From positions 16,755-80,754 of the forward strand of contig JAPXSY010000006.1 of assembly GCA_033812795.1 (NCBI GenBank): a DNA stretch of 64,000 nucleotides, in the 5' to 3' direction. Under the pieces are notes generated by a model. It had not been told where the DNA came from. It ran no database searches and saw nothing but the letters and a program-made list of their open reading frames with translations. Shown here in pieces: positions 56,817 through 64,000 of this stretch. Numbering within the stretch: the first letter of the stretch is position 1; each line of letters starts with the position of its first letter. Both the position numbers and the translations under genes were made by a program. This DNA comes from Kiritimatiellia bacterium (GTDB lineage Bacteria > Verrucomicrobiota > Kiritimatiellia > RFP12 > UBA1067).

Positions 56817-58916
56817 ATGACAAAGATGAACGATACGCCCATTGCGACCGCCGTGGCTGTGTTGCTACTGGCGATAGCGTGTGCCTCGAAGGTCGCGGCG
56901 GACGAATTGCAGGACTGTGAGCTGAAGCGACTGCCGCTCGGGTCAATCTGCCCGGAGGGATGGCTCAAACACCAGCTCGACAAAATGACGGACGGCATCT
57001 GTGGGCGACTTTACGAATACGGCAAGTTCCTGAACCCCACCAACGGCTGGATCTCGCGCGCCGAGCAGGGCGAACTCGACAACCAGCGCCACTGGAACGA
57101 GGGCACCGGATGGGAGGAACAGCCCTATTGGTTCCGTTCGTTCGTGAAGCTCGCCGCGCTGACCGGTAACGAACGGATGTTGGGCGTCTGCCGCGACTGG
57201 ACGGAGAAGATGCTCGCGACGCGCGATCCGGACGGCTGGTACGGTCCCCAGCCGCTCAAGCGGGTACGGCTTAAGGACGGGACTTTCATGCAGGACATCT
57301 GGGGCCACATGGTGATGAACGAGGCGCTCCTTTCGTGGTATGACTACTCCGGCGACCGGCGCGTGATGGCCCTGCTTTCCGGCTTCTGCGATTTCTGTCT
57401 TGCCGTTCCCGAGGACCGCTTCATCCACCCGCCGCAGGGCAACGGTTACGCGCCGGCCTCGGGATGGCTCCCCCTCATCCAGAAAGCGCGCGCCGGCGAT
57501 ATGATCTCAACGCTGTTCCGGCTTTATGACGTGACGAAGGATGCGAAGTTCACGCGGCTTTCGGACAAGGTGTGGCGGCGTTACTACGTTAAGCGCGAAT
57601 CGCTCTTCCTCAACATCCACAACGTTAATTTCTGCCAGATGTTCTCCTATCCTTCGATCTACGCGCGGCGCACTGGCGATCTCGCGCTTGCCGAGGAGAG
57701 CGAGTACTGGCTGAAGCAACACTGGATGACCTGGGGACAGATGCCGCGTTGCGCGTTCGCGGCGGATGAGAACTGCCGCGTCGGCTGTATCGATCCGCGT
57801 TACGGACTGGAGAGCTGCTCGTGGGGTGAATACGTGCGGAGCTTCCAGAACCTCTCCGACCACCGCGCCGAGACGAAGTGGGCAGACCGCACCGAGGATG
57901 TGGTCTTCAACCACGCTCCATGTGCCTACACGCCGGATTGGAACGAGGTCCACTACATCACCGCCTGCAACCAGACGGTGATTGATGCGCGCACCGACCA
58001 CGACTATGCGAACCATCCGCCGATGAATGCCTATTCGCACACTGAGTACCGCTGTTGCCTCTACAACGCGGCAATGCCGTTCCCGCTCTTCACCGAGAAT
58101 CTGGTGAAGCGCGCGAGGGACGGCGCACTCGTCTTCTGGATGTACGCGCCGTGCTCGGGGAAAACGGACGGTGTCGAATGGAAACTCGACACACGCTATC
58201 CGTTCCGCGAAACCGCCCGGCTGGCGGTGAACGCGGCGAAACCGCTTGTCCTGCGCTTCCGCGTACCCGCTTGGGCAAAGGCGTTCTCCGTCGGCGGGAC
58301 CGCCGCGACACCCGGCGTGAGAATGCTGGACGTGAAGGTGCCCGCCGGCGGATCTACGCTCGACATCGCGATGAAGGCGGAGTGCGAGTTCACACCGTGG
58401 GCACGACAGAACGGCATTTCGGTCGACCGCGGCCCGCTCACCTATTCGGTGGCGATCGGCGAGCGGTATTCCAAGGTGTCGGTGGTGAAGGGCGATAGCG
58501 GTTCCGTCATCTGGGTGGAGGGAAACAACAACCGTGATGCCGACCGCGTCTACACCGAGATCGCGCCGACCACGCCTTGGAACTACGGCATCGATGTTAC
58601 CGCGAAGCCGGTCTGGAAGGAGTGCGTGTGGAACGACGACTGCTTCGTCTCGTCCAACGCCTGCTGCGAGCTGTCGGTCCGCTGCCGACGGATCCCCGAG
58701 TGGACGCTGCAAGACAACGAACCGGCACGGCTCCAGTTGTCGCCCGCGTATTCGAGCGAGCCGCTCGAAACGGTGCGCTTCACGCCGCTCTGCTGCCAGC
58801 GGCTCCGGCTCTCGGTGCTGCCGCAGGTTACGGACAACGCGACGCTCGGCTACCGCTGGAAAAAGGTTCCGCCGACGACGGACCGCAAAAACCGCGCGAA
58901 AATCTTCAGCCCGTAA
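56817..58916 (+). CDS. Secreted glycoside hydrolase, probably GH127/DUF1680-like (beta-L-arabinofuranosidase-type alpha6/alpha6 barrel)
   Basis: Signal peptide: MTKMNDTPIATAVAVLLLAIACA. About 700 aa with several conserved Cys and an alpha-toroid-like central region. The family call is by architecture only. Confidence 0.4.
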   Translation: MTKMNDTPIATAVAVLLLAIACASKVAADELQDCELKRLPLGSICPEGWLKHQLDKMTDGICGRLYEYGKFLNPTNGWISRAEQGELDNQRHWNEGTGWEEQPYWFRSFVKLAALTGNERMLGVCRDWTEKMLATRDPDGWYGPQPLKRVRLKDGTFMQDIWGHMVMNEALLSWYDYSGDRRVMALLSGFCDFCLAVPEDRFIHPPQGNGYAPASGWLPLIQKARAGDMISTLFRLYDVTKDAKFTRLSDKVWRRYYVKRESLFLNIHNVNFCQMFSYPSIYARRTGDLALAEESEYWLKQHWMTWGQMPRCAFAADENCRVGCIDPRYGLESCSWGEYVRSFQNLSDHRAETKWADRTEDVVFNHAPCAYTPDWNEVHYITACNQTVIDARTDHDYANHPPMNAYSHTEYRCCLYNAAMPFPLFTENLVKRARDGALVFWMYAPCSGKTDGVEWKLDTRYPFRETARLAVNAAKPLVLRFRVPAWAKAFSVGGTAATPGVRMLDVKVPAGGSTLDIAMKAECEFTPWARQNGISVDRGPLTYSVAIGERYSKVSVVKGDSGSVIWVEGNNNRDADRVYTEIAPTTPWNYGIDVTAKPVWKECVWNDDCFVSSNACCELSVRCRRIPEWTLQDNEPARLQLSPAYSSEPLETVRFTPLCCQRLRLSVLPQVTDNATLGYRWKKVPPTTDRKNRAKIFSP

Positions 58917-59042
58917 TGAAACCGTGCGGCAGGTCGAGGGCTCTTCCACTCGACCCGGTTGGCAAAGCTCATCATCGTGTTCAGGACAGCACGGGGCGCG
59001 GTTTTTCGCCCGCTCCCGCTGGGAGAGGGGAACGCGATCGCG

Positions 59043-60338
59043 CTATGGCAAAGTCCTGAAAAGGCGGAAGCCAAGGCTAAAGAAGCGACTGCCCGGGGGA
59101 TCTTGGTAACGGAACGCCGAACGGCAATACGACGCGGAGTCGTACACGCTTCCGCCTCGAAACACGCGCTTCGAACCTGAATCCGCCCCGTCCGGATCCG
59201 TCCCCGTTTCTGCGCTCGTCGTGCCCCAGTTCAGACACCACTCCCACACGTTGCCGTGCATGTCGTAGAGTCCCCAGGCATTGGGGCGTTTACTGCCGAC
59301 CAGTTGTGCGGCTGTCGGAGGCGTGGGGGCACTGAACTTGTACCATCCCAACGCATTCAGATGCTCGTTGGTGTTCCCGTTGTTATTGTCCTCGGTTCCG
59401 GTGTATTTCGCTTTCGTGTTGCCGTCGTTGAACACGGTCGTGGTCTTGGCCCGGCAGACGTACTCCCATTGCGCCTCGGTCGGGAGGTCGAAATCTCCGA
59501 TACCGGTTTTCGCCCTCAGCCTACCCATAAAAGATGTCGCATTCACGATTCTGTTGGATGGCCAATTCACCGCCGGATCGTCCGCATTCGCCGGATCCTC
59601 GCGGATCTCATAATAGGAGACCGTGTGTTTAGCCTGCGTAGCCGTACCGCCCGTCGTGCCCATGACATGGTCCCACTGCTTCTGCGTGACCTCGAAGACA
59701 CCGGCATACATATTCTTTGTGAGGGTCACATTATCGGTTCCGTTCTGTGTGTCCCCCTGCTGGAAGGAGCCCGCCGGTACGCGCCGCAGCACCAGCTTGT
59801 CGGTCTTGTAGAGGTCGTTGGTGGTCACTCCGGTCCAGATGACCGATTCCACAATCGTCTCTCCCACCGCATTCGTAATGGGATTGCGCATCCACGCGCC
59901 CCAGAGGCCGTTCGTGAGATCCTCTTCGTAAACATACTCGATCTGCTTGTCCGCTCCCGCCTCTTTCGTCAGGTCCACGATCATGTAGAGCGGCGGCGTT
60001 ACAGGCGTGAGGGTCACTTTGAACTGTGACAAAACCTCTTCATTGGTGTACTGGCTTTGCGTCGGATCCCAGACGATCCGGCGCGCGCCCTGCCCGGAAA
60101 CACCGTAAAGATCGCCGGAGAGCTCGTTGTCGCCCAGCACGAGCGGTATCGAGCCGTTGTGGGCCGTCACCGCGATATCCACCCCCTGCGTCGCATTCGC
60201 GATCACATAATCGATGTCCACCAGCTTGCTCCACGGCCAACGCTGACGCACGCTGACATGGCTGATGTCAGCCGCGAGGCTGTTCAACGCCAGACACGCC
60301 GCCAAACTCGCCAATGCCGTTTTCATTGTTGTTGTCAT
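59043..60338 (-). CDS. Secreted protein with a C-terminal formylglycine-generating-enzyme (FGE/SUMF1) domain
   Basis: Signal peptide: MTTTMKTALASLAACLALNSLAA. FGE motifs: RVPAGSFQQGDT…AWGLYDMHGNVWEWC…RGGS…. Confidence 0.75.
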   Translation of the reverse strand: MTTTMKTALASLAACLALNSLAADISHVSVRQRWPWSKLVDIDYVIANATQGVDIAVTAHNGSIPLVLGDNELSGDLYGVSGQGARRIVWDPTQSQYTNEEVLSQFKVTLTPVTPPLYMIVDLTKEAGADKQIEYVYEEDLTNGLWGAWMRNPITNAVGETIVESVIWTGVTTNDLYKTDKLVLRRVPAGSFQQGDTQNGTDNVTLTKNMYAGVFEVTQKQWDHVMGTTGGTATQAKHTVSYYEIREDPANADDPAVNWPSNRIVNATSFMGRLRAKTGIGDFDLPTEAQWEYVCRAKTTTVFNDGNTKAKYTGTEDNNNGNTNEHLNALGWYKFSAPTPPTAAQLVGSKRPNAWGLYDMHGNVWEWCLNWGTTSAETGTDPDGADSGSKRVFRGGSVYDSASYCRSAFRYQDPPGSRFFSLGFRLFRTLP

Positions 60339-60448
60339 TGCCGTTTCTCCATTCTTCTTTCTTTGACCGACATGCATCGACTTGAGACGACCTGAACCAT
60401 CCCGAGTCAAAATCCCGATTTCAAACACACTTTAGAACTTCCCGATTC

Positions 60449-61150
60449 TCACTTCACGCTGAATATGGACCCCTCCGGCACGCGGAGGAGCGTGGCCTCC
60501 CACAGACCGGCGCTTCCCGGAAAATCAAGTGCCAGATCGAAGATACCGTATCCCCATGAGCCGTCCCGCAGTTTCCAGCCGTAGTAACCGGCGGCAGGGA
60601 GCAGGTTGGTCTGCGCGACCCCGTCCTGACGCCTGATCGACAGGCGGCTGTTCGAAGCCGGGGCGGTCGTGTTGATCCAGCGGACGTCATGCGGGATCAC
60701 CGCCGCGTCCCGTACGTGCGTCCAGCGCTTATCGGCATCAGACAGAAGCACCGGCGTTTCGCCATACGCGCCTGACAAGACACTTAGCCGGGACTGTTGC
60801 ACACGGATCACGGCATTTTGCGCGTCATAAAAACGCAGGGTCAGGTCCACCACGTCCTCCTCCGACGGTACCGGGGTTGCGCTGACCTGCCAGACCCAGT
60901 TGGTCGCGGGGCGCGTAAAGACAACGGTCTGCGTGCCGCGCAGACCATCCAGCGTCAACTCCGCCCGCACGGCACTCTCGTCCCTCCACTCCCAGGACAG
61001 CAGCACCGTGTTGGTGCAGACCCTCGACCAGTGGCCATCACGCGCGGGCGAGGTGTTGATCATTACCGGCACCGATGAGGCGGCTTGGGCCGACTGGCCG
61101 ACCAGCAGCAGGGCCACCGCAACCGTTATCGCTATGTTGCCTACGCTCAT
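60449..61150 (-). CDS. Secreted hypothetical protein of about 230 aa, located upstream of the FGE-domain gene
   Basis: Signal peptide: MSVGNIAITVAVALLLVGQSAQA. No motif I recognise. Confidence 0.45.
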   Translation of the reverse strand: MSVGNIAITVAVALLLVGQSAQAASSVPVMINTSPARDGHWSRVCTNTVLLSWEWRDESAVRAELTLDGLRGTQTVVFTRPATNWVWQVSATPVPSEEDVVDLTLRFYDAQNAVIRVQQSRLSVLSGAYGETPVLLSDADKRWTHVRDAAVIPHDVRWINTTAPASNSRLSIRRQDGVAQTNLLPAAGYYGWKLRDGSWGYGIFDLALDFPGSAGLWEATLLRVPEGSIFSVK

Positions 61151-61381
61151 GTCCCCTCCCTCCAATTATCATTGTTGATAATAGTAAACCGCATCCCCAG
61201 AAGCGTGTCAAGCCATCGAGTTGATTTCAGTTCTGCTCTTTTTTTTCTCACGCGGAGGCGCGAAGGGTACGAGGTTTTTTGAGGGGGACGTTGTCCCGAA
61301 CCGTCGAAAACACCGCACCCCGCCAACACACGTCCGGCCTACGCCTGCGCCCCCCCCCGACGGGCCGAGGCGAGGGTAGCG

Positions 61382-61567
61382 CTACAGCGTTATGGCAAAG
61401 TTATCACAACGCGGAAGCCGTAGTCTCGGCAGGTCGAACCCGCTGATCCCCGTCTTGGCCCGGACGCACCCCATGAAACTGGACGGCCGAACCGCGGAAC
61501 CCGTCGACGGCCAGTCCACCACCGGGCTGCCGTTTGTCGCCCCCCGGAACGGATTGAATATAGCCAA
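61382..61567 (-). pseudogene. Remnant of a second FGE-domain gene. It keeps about 45 aa of the FGE domain, then an internal deletion and frameshift, then a conserved 3' end.
   Basis: The ORF VVDWPSTGSAVRPSSFMGCVRAKTGISGFDLP aligns to AVNWPSNRIVNATSFMGRLRAKTGIGDFDLPT of the 59043 gene. The 3' DNA block TATGGCAAAGT…GCGGAAGCC (61388-61420) matches 59043-59075. In the other frame it reads GFRVVITLP*, compared with GFRLFRTLP*. Confidence 0.6.
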
Positions 61568-61577
61568 TTTTTTTCGG

Positions 61578-62774
61578 TTATTTTTTGAAAACCGCTTTTT
61601 TAAGCACGGTCCAGGGCAGGCCGTGCACGGTAAGATCCGCCATAAAGGGGTCGGGATCGAACTGCTCCATGTTAAAAACCCCCTTACCCCGCCATTGACC
61701 GGTGAGCATCATTTTCGCGCCGATCATGGCCGGCACCCCCGTGGTGTACGAGATCGCCTGAGACTGGACCTCGCGGTAACACTCCTCGTGATCGCAGATG
61801 TTGTAGATAAACACCGTCTTGCGTTGGCCGCGGGCGTTCCGTCCCCGGACCTGACAGCCGATGCAGGTCTTGCCTTTCGTCAGCGGACCGAGCGAGGCGG
61901 GGTCTGGCAGCAACGCCTTAAGGAACTGGAGCGGCACGATATCGACCCCGTTGAACCGCACGGGGTCGATCCGCGTCATGCCGACATTCCTCAACACCTC
62001 CAGATGCTTGAGGTAGTTGTCAGAGAAACTCATCCAGAACCGCGCGCGCCGTAACTCCGGGATGTGCCGGGCCAGAGACTCCAGCTCCTCGTGATACATC
62101 AGGTAGACCTTCAGCGAACCGAGGTTTTCAGGCATCGTGAAGGAGGAACACACCGAAAGCGGTTCGGTCTCCTTCCACTCGCCATCCTCCCAGAAACGGC
62201 CCTTGGCCGTAACCTCGCGGATATTGATCTCGGGGTTGAAATTGGTTGCGAACGGTTGACCGTGACTGCCGGCGTTGCAGTCGATGATGTCGATTTCCTC
62301 GACATGCGGCACGAAATGTTTACGGGCGTAGGTGCAGAACACACTCGTGACGCCGGGGTCGAACCCTGAACCGAGCAGAGCCATGAGACCGGCTTTTTTG
62401 AAGCGGCTATGATAGGCCCATTGCCACTTGTACTCAAATTTCGCCTGATCCGGCGGCTCGTAGTTGGCGGTATCCAGATAGTTCACGCCCACCTCAAGAC
62501 AGGCGTCCATGATGTGCAGGTCTTGATAGGGCAGCGCCACGTTGATCACGAGATCCGGCCGGTGCCGCTTCAGCAGCCGGACCGTCTGCGGCACGTTGTC
62601 CGCATCCACCTGCGCGGTGGTGACCTTGCGCGGCAACCGTGCGGCCAGCGCATCCACCCGGGCGCGGGTTCGTGAAGCGATCACGATGTCGGTAAAAACC
62701 TCGGGAACCTGCGCGCACTTGTGCGCCACGACCGCGCCGACACCGCCGGCGCCGATAATCAGTACTTTGGCCAT
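61578..62774 (-). CDS. Saccharopine-dehydrogenase-family enzyme, probably carboxynorspermidine/carboxyspermidine dehydrogenase
   Basis: MAKVLIIGAGGVGAVVAHKCAQ is the Rossmann fold. 398 aa, with overall similarity to CANSDH. Confidence 0.7.
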   Translation of the reverse strand: MAKVLIIGAGGVGAVVAHKCAQVPEVFTDIVIASRTRARVDALAARLPRKVTTAQVDADNVPQTVRLLKRHRPDLVINVALPYQDLHIMDACLEVGVNYLDTANYEPPDQAKFEYKWQWAYHSRFKKAGLMALLGSGFDPGVTSVFCTYARKHFVPHVEEIDIIDCNAGSHGQPFATNFNPEINIREVTAKGRFWEDGEWKETEPLSVCSSFTMPENLGSLKVYLMYHEELESLARHIPELRRARFWMSFSDNYLKHLEVLRNVGMTRIDPVRFNGVDIVPLQFLKALLPDPASLGPLTKGKTCIGCQVRGRNARGQRKTVFIYNICDHEECYREVQSQAISYTTGVPAMIGAKMMLTGQWRGKGVFNMEQFDPDPFMADLTVHGLPWTVLKKAVFKK

Positions 62775-62905
62775 GAGATCATCCTTTTGTGGTTGGGAAT
62801 GGGGAGAGTATACACCATTTGGAGCGGGAGGTCATCCCAATCAACAAGGCGATCCTTTTCACTGGGAAAGGTGCCCGCGAAAAGGTTTTCGGATTCGAGG
62901 CTTGC

Positions 62906-63841
62906 ATGCCGGGCCGGGTTTGGATACAAAAGAGCAAAGTGAAGGTCCTTTTCCTGTTCATCGATGGCGTGGGACTGCGCCCACCCGCAACGGACAATCC
63001 GGTCCATTCCGGCATCTGCCCGACGCTGTGCCATCTTATCGAACAGCACGGGGTGTCGATCGACGCGTGTCTGGAGGTGACAGGCTTGCCGCAAAGCGCC
63101 ACCGGACAGACGGCTCTGTTCACGGGTGTCAATGCCTCGCAGATCATGGGACGTCATTGTGAAGGCTTTCCCGGTCCCACGCTCCGCAAACTCATCGAGC
63201 AGGGCAATCTGTTCATGGATCTCTCGCGCAAGGGGCTGCGCTGCCGATTTGCGGACGCCTATCTGGTAGACAGCGTGGACGAACTGCGGGGCCGCCGTTT
63301 CAAATCCGTAACAACCGTGATGGCGCTGACCCAGCCCGAGACGATCTCCATTCAGGATGACCTGATGGCGAATCAGGCGGTCTTCCATGACATCACCCGT
63401 AAGAGTCTGCAAGAAAAAGGGTTGGCCATTCCGCTGGTCACCCCGCCGCAGGCCGCCGAACACCTCATCGAGGTCGCGTTGGCGAATGACTTCACCCTGT
63501 TCGAGTTTTTCCAGACGGATCTGGCCGGCCACTCATGCCAATACGATCAGGCATGCGAAACACTCCGCACGCTGGATCTCTTTCTCGACATGGCCGTGAG
63601 ACTCTGCAAGACCACCGGTTTGCTGCTGATCCTCACCAGCGACCACGGCAATATCGAAGACATGGGCACACGCGGCCACACCCGCAATCCGGTGCCGCTG
63701 ATCGCCCTTGGCCCCGGCGCGGACGAAATCAAGAACCTCGCGTCCAGTCTAACGGACATCACTCCGCGCCTGACGCGTCTGATGGTTCCGGGACACACCT
63801 CCATGCCGCGGACAGCCCCCCCCGCTGATTCCGCCCAGTAA
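62906..63841 (+). CDS. Alkaline-phosphatase-superfamily 'metalloenzyme' domain protein (ApgM-type phosphoglycerate mutase/phosphopentomutase-like)
   Basis: VLFLFIDGVGL is the N-terminal metal-binding Asp motif. ILTSDHGN is the C-terminal metal-binding motif. Confidence 0.55.
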   Translation: MPGRVWIQKSKVKVLFLFIDGVGLRPPATDNPVHSGICPTLCHLIEQHGVSIDACLEVTGLPQSATGQTALFTGVNASQIMGRHCEGFPGPTLRKLIEQGNLFMDLSRKGLRCRFADAYLVDSVDELRGRRFKSVTTVMALTQPETISIQDDLMANQAVFHDITRKSLQEKGLAIPLVTPPQAAEHLIEVALANDFTLFEFFQTDLAGHSCQYDQACETLRTLDLFLDMAVRLCKTTGLLLILTSDHGNIEDMGTRGHTRNPVPLIALGPGADEIKNLASSLTDITPRLTRLMVPGHTSMPRTAPPADSAQ

Positions 63842-63940
63842 ACGGCGACTTGCGACAGTCGGCCCGCGTTCGTATCGGGCAGCGACGCCCGCGCCCCCGA
63901 CTCCTGTCTTGCGTCTCTTGTCTCCCGCTCTTTTAGGCTC

Positions 63941-64000
63941 TCAATCGATCCGCACCCCGGCCTGGCGCAACACCCGCTTGACGGCATGGACCGCCTTGGC
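63941..64000 (-). CDS. 3' end (last 19 codons) of a minus-strand gene that continues beyond the window
   Basis: An in-frame open reading runs from the window edge to the TGA at 63941-63943 (…AKAVHAVKRVLRQAGVRID*). Confidence 0.3.
   Translation of the reverse strand, partial: AKAVHAVKRVLRQAGVRID

Noticed and set aside
61392-62054. 220-aa plus-strand ORF starting in the FGE-remnant region
   Set aside because: It is antisense to carboxynorspermidine dehydrogenase and has an Arg/Gly-rich low-complexity product. Its ATGGCAAAGT start is simply the reverse of the conserved FGE gene 3' end.
63547-63987. 146-aa minus-strand ORF overlapping the end of the metalloenzyme gene
   Set aside because: It overlaps a well-supported plus-strand gene in antisense. 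The genuine minus-strand coding at the window edge is in a different frame (63941..64000).

Overview
This is a high-GC (about 65%) bacterial chromosomal segment that is densely coded. About three quarters of the genes lie on the minus strand. The first ~45 kb is housekeeping genes. It holds three aminoacyl-tRNA synthetases: lysS, a type-2 ileS, and a dimeric-type glyQS. It also holds dxs, dapF, a tail-specific protease, RluD- and RluB-type pseudouridine synthases, and a DinG-like Fe-S helicase. There is a tetrapyrrole block made of two unusual fusions, precorrin-2 dehydrogenase::HemA and HemC-like::CobA::HemD. Other genes here are a sigma-54 activator next to a NifX-like gene, a cation/H+ antiporter fused to two PTS-EIIA(Ntr) domains, LarB, and GT2, GT4 and GT39 glycosyltransferases. 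From about 45.4 to 61.2 kb there is a block of secreted carbohydrate-active genes. It contains a two-domain esterase/beta-lactamase-fold hydrolase, a six-hairpin glycoside hydrolase, GH43 with an F5/8 domain, a giant beta-strand-repeat surface protein of about 1,250 aa, a GH127-like protein, and an FGE/SUMF1-domain protein with a small secreted partner. The end of the window has carboxynorspermidine dehydrogenase and an alkaline-phosphatase-fold metalloenzyme. Non-genic structure stands out. There are at least four separate short-tandem-repeat loci, and one sits in-frame inside ileS. Two genes are broken by single-base homopolymer frameshifts: the giant surface protein and a small lipoprotein. 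There is a remnant of a second FGE-domain gene. There is a textbook sigma-54 promoter. No rRNA, tRNA, CRISPR, transposase or integrase could be supported. Many long antisense 'shadow' ORFs in the track are GC artefacts and are not listed.
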